NCBI RefSeq assembly: GCF_963921235.1
Contig: NC_086097.1
Coordinates: 115,508,001 to 115,572,000, forward strand
DNA: 64,000 nucleotides
Reading direction: 5' to 3'
Source: Mobula hypostoma
Lineage: Eukaryota
The notes beneath the pieces are model-generated. The model saw only the letters and a list, made by a program, of their open reading frames with translations. It made no database searches and was not told where the DNA came from. Positions 53,777 through 64,000 of the stretch are shown here, piece by piece. A program made the translations under genes and the position numbers. Position 1 is the stretch's first letter. The number at the start of each line of letters is the position of its first letter.

Positions 53777-54419
53777 ATCCTCTTGCCAAGTCATTTAGTC
53801 AGCTAATCATTTCCTGGTCAGAGTCACCCAATGTCGAGATACTCCTGTACCTAGTATCAGTTATGTACATACAATCAGTCTATGTATCTGAGCTAACCTT
53901 ATCAATGATTAAAGACCATACTCAACAGTTACTTGCAGATTGTGTATTATAGAATTGTTCTATATTGTGTTTTTATGCAGAACCACAGTAACACTCATTT
54001 TGTTCTCCTTTACACTCATGTACTGAAGAATGACAATAAATAATCTTGACTCTTGAAGTACAACAATTAACCTGTGCACAGCCAGGTCCTAAAAACTAAA
54101 TTATCATACATGAGCAGATCGTCTGCTGGTATTGTTGAGGAACGAACCGATGGACTCTGAAGAATGAACCAAGAACTCAAGGGAGACACTATCATTTCAG
54201 AATGCAGAAAGAAAAGAAGACGAGAAAAATCTGGTGTTGGAAATACTTCAATCAAATTCTCTGCACTCCACCTTGTTATGGACACCCCTTTCCTTCTGTG
54301 TGCCTCCTCTCTGCAACTTCAAACCTCCTAGGTGGGTCTTTCCCCACCTGGAGCCTTCCAGCCTTCTCCTTCCCACCCTACGCCCACCTTCTTTATAGGG
54401 CCTCTGCCCCTTCCCTCTA

Positions 54420-54457
54420 CAGTCCTGATGAAGGGTTGCAGCCCGAAACATTGACTG
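54420..54457 (+). ncRNA. Minimal hammerhead motif in a short PLE tail
   Basis: CAGTC-CTGATGA-A-GGGT(TGCA)GCCC-GAAA-CAT-T-GACTG. Confidence 0.7.
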
Positions 54458-55403
54458 ATCGTTTCCACGGATGCTGCCCGAACTTGCTGAGTTCCTCCAG
54501 CTTGTGAGTGTTGCTTTGACCCCAGCATCTGCAGAATATTTTGAGCTCCTGGTTTCCAAACCTTACTTTGTTTTGAGAATACAGAAAGCAAGGGATGCAA
54601 TAGTGAGGCTTTATAAGGCATTAATCAGAACACACAAAGTATTGTGTGCAGTTTTGGGCCTCCTATCTAAGAAAAGATGTTCTGGCATTGCAGAGGGTCC
54701 AGAGGAGGTTCTTGAGAATGATCCCAGGAATTGAAGTGTTAACGTATGAGGAGAGTTTAATAACTCTAGGTCTATTCTTGCTGGAGTTTAGCGGAATGAG
54801 GAGGATCTCATTGAAAAGTATCGAATATTGAAAGGCTGAGATAGAATGGACAAAAAGAGGATTTTTCCTCTTGAGGGAGTCTAGGACCAGGAGTCACAGC
54901 CTCAGAATAGAAGGACATCCATTTAGAACAAAGATGAAGAGGCATTTCCGTTGCACAGGGCGACTGAGGAGAACCCAAGTGCAGGACACCGGCACATCGA
55001 CTGAGTTGGGGATGCTGGCCTAGACATGAACGTAGAACAGCAAACTGGAGGAATCTTGACAAGGAGACGGGATCTACAGGGACTATCTTGAAACTAGAGC
55101 AGAACTTAGAACCAAACCTACAACTAACAGTTCTAAGCGGACAAGAGAACGAGGTATCACATGAGACTAAGCCAACAAACCGGCAACCTGAGAAAGAAGC
55201 CATCGTACTTATTTCACAGTCTCTGATGAAAACGAGGTGTACTGTAATTAGGTAAACTAGCAGCAATTGGGACTCCAATGATTGAAATTAGGGCATAATC
55301 AGGGAGAAAGGAGCATTAAAGCGGAACAGCCAAACGGAACCATTCAAATACCCTTCCTTCAACGGGAGCCTCCAGGCAATCCACCAGGCTTGTCCGGATG
55401 GCC

Positions 55404-58400
55404 TCAGTGGAAATCCCGGATGAGAGAAGGGTCCAGGATGAAGGAACGGGGAGTCCAGGAACGTTCCTCCAGGCCATATCCCTCCCAGTCGACCAGGTAC
55501 TGGAGACCCCTGTCCCGACGGCGGACATCCAATGACCACCGGACGGTGTGTGCCGGATGGTTGTCGCCAGAGGGGATTCGGTCAGAGGGCACAAGGGACT
55601 GACAAAAACCAGTTTTAACTGGGAGACGTGGAATGTAGGATGGGTCTGCATGGACTTGGTTAGTTTGAGCCGGATTGCCGTGGGGTTGATAATGCTCTCA
55701 ATCTCGTAAGGTCCCAGGAAGCTGGGGGGGGGCAGCTTTGGGCTCGTTCTTGAGGGGAATGTCTCTAGGCAGGAGCCACACCATTTGCCCAGGTCGATAC
55801 TCAGGAGCAGGGGTACGATGGCGGTCAGCAATTTTTCGGTTACGGTGCTGACCAGAGATTGTGGGCATATTCTACCCATGCGAGATGGTTGCTCCAGGTA
55901 GACGGGTTGTTGGCTGTTATACAACGTAACGCCGCCTCCAACTCCTGGTTGACCCGCTCCGTTTGCACGTTGGTCTGCGGGTGAAAACTGGACGATAGGC
56001 TAACTGAGGCACCAAAGGCTCGAGAAAAAGATCTCCAAACTTGCGAAGTGAATTGAGGTCCCTGGTCGGAGACAATACCCGAAGGAATTCTGTGAAGTCG
56101 GAAAACGTGGGTGACAAGAAGGTCTGCGGTCTCCTGCGCGGAAGGGAGTTTAGGGAGGGCTACAAAATGTACCGACTTAGAGAAACGGTCCACCACAGTG
56201 AGTACGGCAGTGTTTCCACGTGAACGGGGTAGCCCGGTGACGAAATCCAGAGCGATGCGTGACAAGGGACAGGCAGGGGATGAAGCAATCCTGCAGGTGG
56301 CCGATGGGAAGCTTTTCCACGGGCGCAGGCGAAATATGCAGAGACATAGGAACGGGCGTCAGCGTCCATGGAGGGCCACCAGAAATGTCTCTTCAGAAGA
56401 GTCAGAGTCTGATCGATTCCGGGGTGGCAGGCGAAACGAAGAGTGTGCCCCCACTGGAGAACCTGCTATCGGACAGAATCGGGTACAAAGAGGCGATTGG
56501 CAGATCTGATGTCTGGATCAGGTTGAATCCGTTGGGCCTCTGACTCTGGACTCTCTCTCCCAGGTGAGGACAGCCACTACACAGGATGATGGAAGGATGG
56601 TCTCGGGGTTGGGAAGGTCCTCCTCGGAAACATATTGATGGGAGAGAGCATCGGGCTTCCCGTTCTTGGACCCCGGATGATAGGTGAGGGTGAACCTGGA
56701 CCGACCAAAAAATAATGCCCAATGGGCCTGGCGGGAATTCAGGCGCTTGGTGGTCTGGATATATTCAAGGTTTTTATGGTCTGTCCAGACGATGAACAGG
56801 TGTTCCGCCCCCTCCAACCAGTGTCTCCATTCTTCCAACACCAGTTTGACCGCCAGTAGCTCCCAGTTCTCCACGTCGTAATTTCGTTCAGCGGGAGACA
56901 GTCGGCGAGAGAAGCCGGCACAGGGATGTAGTTTCTGATCCGGGCCCGGACGTTGGGACAGTACCGCTCCCACTCCAGAGTCGGAGGCGTCAACCTCCAT
57001 GATGAATTGACAGGAGAGGTCCAGTTGAATCAGAACGGGAGCAGACGTGAAGCGCCTCTTTAGTTCCACGAATGTCGAGTCCGCCTCGGGGTTCAAAGGA
57101 AAGGTGTGGCAGGTGAGGCAAGTCGGGTCAGAGGAGCCGCCACCTGACTGTAGTTTCTGATGAACAGGCGATAGAAGTTCACAGCCCCTAGGGACCGATG
57201 GAGTTGCTTACGGTCCGTGAGTTTGGGCCACTCCATCACAGCCAGGATCTTCTCGGGATCAGCTCACCTGTCCTCTCTCGATGACATAACCTAGGAAGCT
57301 GACCGAGGGGACGTGGAATTCGCAATTCTCCGCCTTTATGAATAATTTATTCTCCCCCAGTCTCTGTAGGACTTGGTGGACATGATGAACGTGTTGCTGG
57401 GGATTGCTGGAAAAGATTAGGATGTCGTCCAGATAGACAAACACAAAGCGGTTAGTAAAGTCTCTTAGTACATCGTTAATCAGGGCTTGAAAAACTGCGG
57501 GGCCATTGGTGAGGCCAAAAGACATGACCAAGTACTCGAAGTGGCCTAAAGGGGTATTGAATGCCGTCTTCCACTTGTCCCCCTCCCTTATTCGGATCAG
57601 ATGGTCGGCGCTTCGTAGGTCTAACTTCGAGAATATGGTGGCTCCATGAAGTGGTTCGAACGCAGAATTTACAAGAGGCAGTGGGTACTTGTTCTTTACA
57701 GTTATATGATTTGTGCCTCGGTAGTTGATGCAGGGACGGAGAGAACCATCCTTCTTCCCCACAGAGAAGAACCCTGCGCCCACTGGGGAGGAAGAGGGTC
57801 GAATAATGCCCGCCGTGAGAGATTCACTGATGTAACCTTCCATTGCTTCTCTCTTTGTCCGGGACAAGTTATACAGCCGACTGGTGGCTAGAGGATCTCC
57901 AGGGAGAAGGTCGATATCGCAATCGTACGGTCGGTGTGAAGGCAGGGAAAGGGCGCATTGTTTACTAAACACTTGCCCCAGATCGTAGTACTCCGCTGGA
58001 ATCCTGGACAAGTCAGGGGTTTCAGCGGCAGATGAGGTCGCGGTGGTTCTTACAGAGGAAAGGGCCGACTGTAGACAACTGTTGTGACAAAACGGACTCC
58101 AGCTGCCTATCTTCCCGGTGGACCAATCAATATAAGGATTATGGCGGCTTAACCAGGGGTACCCAAGAACTATAGGAACTTGAAGAGAGGAAATTAAGTT
58201 AAATTGCATCTGTTCCCGATGGTTCCCAGAGAGAACCAAAGACAGTGGTTGGGTACAGAGAGTGACTCGGGCCGGAAGACTTCCGTCCAGTGCCCGGGCT
58301 TCCAGAGGGGTAATCAACGGCTCCCGAGGAATTCCGGCCTGAGAAGCTATAACTTCATCCAACAGATTTCCCTCAGCACCAGAGTCTATCAAGGCAGACA

Positions 58401-58520
58401 AGGACAGGGACTGTTGGTTGTAGCTTACAGTAGCTTGGATCTGCATCCAGGATTGGGGGACAGAAGGGAATGTGGTCTGACTCACCAGGGTCCCCCTTTC
58501 TACTGGTGAGCCGTCCCTTT
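55404..58520 (-). pseudogene. Retrotransposon pol (protease, RT, RNase H, integrase, chromodomain), frameshifted
   Basis: [40 protein letters not shown] and [21 protein letters not shown]. Confidence 0.93.
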
Positions 58521-59531
58521 TGGCCGAAGGGAACAGGTGGCATGAAAATGGCCGGACTGACCACAGTAGAAACAATCCCCTGTTCTGAATCTCCAGAGTC
58601 ACTCTGAGGGAGAAAGACGGCTCCGTCCCAGCTGTATTGGTTCCTGTCCCAGGGTGGCGGAAATAGCCGGGCCGGATGCTATTCTAGGAGTGGGAGGAGG
58701 AGAGGGGTTAGGGCTGGGAGTAGATGGTAAAGCATGCCGTGGGTTGGCCAAAGGACGACCGGTTCTCTCCCTCTGTCCTTCTTGGAGTCGGTTGTCCAGC
58801 CTGGTGGCCAGGGAGATCAATGAATCCAGGCTGTTAGTGTCATCCCTAGCCACCAACTCGTCCTTTACCTTGTCACAGAGGCCTTGCCGGAATACCTCCT
58901 GGAGTGCCTCATCATTCCAGCCCGAGTCGGCCGCTAGCGTCCGGATCTCCACAGAGTATTCTGCAACACGACGTGAGCCTTGATGGAGGGCGAGTAGCCA
59001 CTTAGCAGAATCTTTACCGCAGACGGGATGGTCAAAAATCTTCCTTATTTCTGAGATGAAGGTGGGGAAGGAAGAGCAGGTCTCTGGCTGATTATCCCAA
59101 ATCGTGGTGGCCCACACTAAGGCATTACCTCGCAACAACCCCATAATGTAAGCTATTTTAGATCTGTCCGTGGTGTACGTGGATGGCTGCTGCTCGAACA
59201 CCAAGGAGCATTGCTGCAGAAAAGCCCGGCACTTCCCCAGATCTCCGGCGTAGGGTTCTGGTTCAGGGACGTGCGGTTCTCTTAGCGGACGTGTTGTTGA
59301 CACCTCGGGCGTCACCACCACAGGCTGTCTGGGCTGGTCAGACGGAGTTCCCGGAGTCGACAGGGTAAGATGGGTGGATACTCGGTTGACCTGTTCACTG
59401 ACCTTTCTTACGTCTGCTGACAGGGAATGGAGGTTTTCCATGACTTCCTGGAGCAGTCGATTGTGCAAGCCCAGTAGGGAGCCCTGGATGGCGAGGGCTT
59501 GTTGCAGAGGATTCGTGTCTGCTAGGTTCAT
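58500..59531 (-). pseudogene. Retrotransposon gag (PEG10/sushi-like) with a premature TGA before the CCHC knuckle
   Basis: PEPYAGD..CRAFLQQC, LHQG.RRVAEY, and [14 protein letters not shown] after the stop at 58599-58601. Confidence 0.9.
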
Positions 59532-61859
59532 GTTGGCCAGTTTGTTCTGTTGCACAGGGCAACTGAGGAGAACCCAAGTGCAGGACACCAGCACATCAAC
59601 TGCGTTGGGGATGCTGGTCTAGACATGAACGTAGAACAGCAAACTGGAGGAATCTTGACAAGGCGACGGGATCTACAGGGACTATCTTGAAACTAGAGCA
59701 GAACTTGGAACTAAACTTAAAACTACTGGTTCAGAACTTGGAACTGAACTTAGAACTACCAGTTCTAAGCGGACAAGAGAACCAGCTATCACACAAGACT
59801 AAGCCAACAAACTGGCAAACTGAGAAAGAGAAGCCATCATACTTATTTCACAGTCTCTGATGAAAACCAGGTGTATTGAAATTAGGTAAACTAGGAGCAA
59901 TTGGAAATCTAATGATTGAAATTAGGGCATAATCAGGGAGAAAGGAGCGTTAAAGGGGAACAGCCAAACAGAACCATGACAATTCCTTTAGGCAGAGGGT
60001 AGTGTATCTGTAGAATTCATTGACACAGATTGCTGTGGAGGCAAAGCCATTGAGTATCTTTAAAGCAGAGATTGATAGGTTACAGGGAGAAGGCAGAAGA
60101 ATTGAGAAGGATGATAAATAAGCCAGGATGGAATGCCGGAGCAGTGTCAATGGCCCAATTGTGTTCCTATATCTTAGTCTTATGGTATTATAATGTTAGG
60201 CCTTTAATCTGAAACATTTCTGATTGTCTACAGATGCTTCACTGACCAGACGAGTATTTCCACCATTGTCCAGCTTTAGTTTGATTTTCACCTTCAGCAA
60301 TTGTTTTCTTTCTAAGTACTTAGGCATGTTCCACTGGAAATTCTGTTTCATGTTCAGCAGTAGCATTATACTTAATACACAGCAATTCAACCCTGCTTGT
60401 GTACCCTTGATTATATCCAGTGATTAAGGCACTGATCTGAAGGCACCAATGAAGTTAATGAACCTTATGTCATTGGTGTTTCCACTGAATGTTCCAGCAG
60501 TCTGAATTTTGACGTAAAACAGTCCTGATGAAGGGTTTTCGCATTTAATCATTGAGGTCTTCCAGCATTTTGTGTGTGTGTTGCTCTAGATTTCCAGCAT
60601 CTGCAGAATCTCTTATGTTTTTAACGTTACATTTTTTCCACTCACCTCACTCCAAACCACTTCTTCTCTTTTTTTTTTACAGCCAGTTCCAAATTTTCGA
60701 ACACCTCTGTCACATCTCCTGCTTTAAGGAGAACAGGTTCAATTCCTCCAATCTTTCTCTCATAATTGGAGTTATTCTACCAAAAGCTCACTTTTATTAT
60801 GAATGCAGGAGTTTCTGCAGATGCTGGAAATCCAGAGTAACACAGACAAGACTGATGAAGTGTCTCGGCCTGAATTGTCAAACGCTTATTTATTTTGACA
60901 GATGGTGCCTGACCTGCTGAAATACTCCAGCATTTTGTGTGTGTGTTACTCTGACTTATATTATGCTCTTTACAATCATTAACAAGCCGATCTTTTGAAA
61001 GGGTTTATTAATTATTAACTGAATAGTATAATCTGGTTTTAACTTCCATGAACATATACTTACACCAATCATACTCAGATTCATGGGAGAAATAGAAAAA
61101 TAGTCGCTTTTCACCCACCTGACATTAATCAACTCCTGTAACAGTTAACACGCAGATAGCCCACAATCTTGGAAGATATTTTCTAAGCACATCTTTCCTA
61201 TAAACAATATTTATATTTAATCTTCTAAATCCTTTGAAGTTACTTCAATGTTTCCTTTTAATTCTCTTTTATTGTTCTAAGTGGATTTCTCAAATTCTAA
61301 TCAAAAAAGATTAAAAAGTAATCACATGGGTAAGTCAAAATTGCTTTGCTGCATAACTTTCAGGTAGTACAGCCTCAGGCATTCTTGTTAAGGACGTCTG
61401 TGTAGTGTAAATGCTATTATTGTAAATAGACAAAACAAAGCAACAGTCTATATTGTACATATATTTCTGCAATAATACACACATAACAACACTTTTTTTT
61501 TAAAAAAAACATGCTGGGTTATTAAAACATTGTTTATTTGAAGTTAGAAATGTAAAAGAGGCCTAAAGGGTGTTGAATTGTCCTTTGGACTCTGGAGTTC
61601 TGAGACCCCTTAACAAACTCTTCCCAAAATTCTACTCCCTTTGAAAGCATCAACGTGTACATTCAAATTCTTCTGCAAATAACTCAGTAACCTGACATTT
61701 TAAAACATTCTTCAGATATGAAGAGTGGAAATTTGATAGTTTGATTGCAAAAGAGAAAATGTGTTTAATAAAAGTAATGCGCTTCAAGTCACAGTATAAA
61801 AGCTCTATATATTAGTAGCTTAAAAATGTACAGAGTTAGAGTCCTCAATTGCTATGTGA

Positions 61860-61945
61860 TTACTGCATAGCATTCAGTTCTTGGACTTTATCCACTGGCA
61901 TTGTGTTTCTATCCATTTCAGTTGCATTTACCATACCCTCTGCGC
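61860..61945 (-). CDS. Candidate terminal coding exon of an unidentified host gene (-AEGMVNATEMDRNTMPVDKVQELNAMQ*)
   Basis: Acceptor ttttgatctgcttcag and an open frame to TAA. Followed by AT-rich unique sequence with AATAAA at 61538-61533. Confidence 0.45.
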
Positions 61946-62749
61946 CTGAAGCAGATCAAAAATATGGAAGGTCTCAACCAAATGTCTTAACAGTTCCTTC
62001 CCAATTCCCCACCCCCCAGGTGCTGCTCAACTCACTAAATTCCTCCAGCAGTTTGTTTTTCATGTTTCAGTTTCCAGCAACGACACTCCCTTGTGTCTCT
62101 TGATCAACAAGGCCCCAAGGAGCATAACACAAACTCCACATTGTATGGTTTTCAATACAAGGTGGAGAAAAGCCAGTCTCCTCAGACAATGAAAACTGTT
62201 CAAGCCCAATTAAAAATTAATCAGGTACTTAAAAATTAATCAACAAAATTAATTATTTAAAAACATTTTCACAAACACATAAAAATCAATGCATTTATGA
62301 TAACAATTGAATTAACCCAAATAAATCAAATTAAATTAAAATCAAATCAGTTAGAATTACTGCTCCCTCTTGAAACGATGTAGTGGAATTTGAGTGGAAT
62401 GCATTTGGTACAGAATCAGCAGACAGATTTCCTCACATAACTGCTCCACTACAAGACCCATGAGGAGCCCAATCTTGGGGCCTAGTTGGAGCAGCATCAT
62501 TCTCTCTGAGGCAGTTCTGAGCTACCATATTGGTGCAAATGTCTTTCAACCCAGCCCTCCTCAAAAGAAAGTGGTGCAGCAAGGCCTTTTTTTTATTTAC
62601 TCACTCCTGTTTTAAATTTAACTGATATCAATGATCCTAAAGTTCAACCTTAATCCTTGATAGTTTAGAATGACGCAGTGATAACTTCCAATAGTAGCTT
62701 TTTCACCTTGAGCGCATTGGCATTTTTGTGGATGGTATCTACTCCTGGT

Positions 62750-63100
62750 ATTGAGTTGGGGGGGGGGTGTTTAAGTTTTGTATTTATAGTCACGCCCAGC
62801 AAACTATTTTAAACCCTCCCTGACAGCTCTAGTGTGTCTGCCTGCAAGGATATTAGTCCACCTCATGTTCAGGTGTAATCCATCCCTTTTGTACAGGTCT
62901 TAAGCTCCCCAGAAGAGATCTAATGATACACAAATCTGAAACTTTGCCTCCTACACCAATTTGTCAGCCACACAATCATCCATCAAATCATCTTATTCTT
63001 ACCCTCACTGCACTGTGGCACAATCAGTGATCCAGAGATTACCACCCTTGAGGTCCTTCTTTTCAGCTTCCTATGTTCTCTTTCAGGACATCATCTCTTC
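62750..63100 (-). mobile_element. CR1 ORF1 (esterase) fragment
   Basis: Reverse complement resembles 37400-37740 and 49700-50040. Confidence 0.7.
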
Positions 63101-64000
63101 TAGCTATGTGGTGTTTTTCAAGTTCAAGTCTGTCATCTGTCTGTACATATATATATATATATATGTATGTATGTATATACAGCAAACAAAATAACATTCC
63201 TTCAGATCATGGTGCAACCACAAAACATACATCACACACAGTACATAAGATGAAATATTATCATACATAAAGTTAATAAAATATATAATTTAAAGTGCAT
63301 GCAGTGTGTAGTGCAAGTAAATAGCAAAGAGTAAACAGCTGATTGTGCAAGTGATGAGACTTCAGTGGTGGCAGGGTATTCATTAGTCTCACAGCCTGAG
63401 GTAAAAAGCTGTTACCCAGTCTGGCTGACCTTGTTCTGATGCTCTTCTACCTCTTTCCTGATTGTAGTGGGTCAAAGAGATTGTGGAATGGCTGATAGGG
63501 ATCCTTAATGCTTCGGGCTTTTCATATTCAATGCTCCTGGTAAAGGAAGGTTTGGCCTTACAGAAACTTAGCTTACACCAAGCTGAATTGATGCATCTTC
63601 TGTACTAAAAAATAAATCAGATCAATTGAGTGAAAATTGTAGGCAAAAAAACTACCAGATAGCACTGATAGTAACTCATATTCCTTCAATTTTATATGCA
63701 GCCTATCCATTTGGGTATTTACTGACGGTGGATAAACACTATTTGGTGTTCAAATAGAGCATATTTGTAATTTCAAAGGGGTTTTCACACTAGAGATAAC
63801 TGAAGGGACCAGTAAACAAGCAATCATTAAAATTTAAGATATATTCTCTAGATTTGGGTCGGCTAGATTGGAATTCCTGTTTGACCTTATTTTCATAGAT
63901 AGAGATGCTTTTTAGTACAAGGATTTTTGTTATGGCCAGTGATGCATGTTGCCCAAAACTCTGGGGTTGAGAAAATCTTGTAGTTTGCCTGAAAGGAAAG

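Larger units (their letters stand above)
54949..59981 (-). mobile_element. Full-length Tf1/sushi-group Ty3/gypsy chromovirus (inactivated)
   Basis: LTRs at 59548-59981 and 54949-55346. TSD ATTTC/ATTCC. PPT GAAGGAAGGG next to the 3' LTR. Domain order gag-PR-RT-RH-IN-chromo. Confidence 0.95.
54570..60190 (+). mobile_element. CR1 3' end split by the chromovirus (54570-54948 and 59982-60190)
   Basis: The CR1 tail ...GAGGCATTTC|TTTAGGCAGAGGGTAGTG... is contiguous once the LTR element is removed. Confidence 0.8.

Noticed and set aside
58599..59594. Domesticated PEG10/RTL-like gene
   Set aside because: It retains both LTRs, a TSD, a premature gag stop and pol frameshifts, so it is an ordinary decaying element.

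Overview
Repeat-dense vertebrate genomic DNA, most likely from a cartilaginous fish (inferred from the CR1, Rex1/Babar and Penelope tail families). Most of the window is degraded, often nested retroelements: CR1 LINEs with an SGNH-esterase ORF1, Rex1/Babar LINEs, Penelope-like elements (PLEs) with minimal hammerhead ribozyme motifs, a HERO-type RLE non-LTR element, Ty3/gypsy relics and solo LTRs with TSDs, a full-length Tf1/sushi chromovirus and a Harbinger-type MITE. No TE ORF is intact. Host sequence is sparse and on the minus strand. It includes a short ATG-bearing exon resembling the IL-1beta N-terminus (925-977), a candidate TATA/kB/ETS/CEBP promoter with a non-coding first exon near 12.1-12.3 kb, and a candidate terminal exon of an unidentified gene at about 61.9 kb. 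The most interesting signal is in the HERO 3' UTR (16357-16474). All hammerhead core elements are present with perfect helices, but the strand order is scrambled (non-circular, pseudoknotted) and there is an extra closing helix. The chromovirus also shows a tRNA-independent self-priming site and a frameshift pseudoknot. All family calls are by motif recognition. Boundaries without a stated TSD or splice site are approximate.
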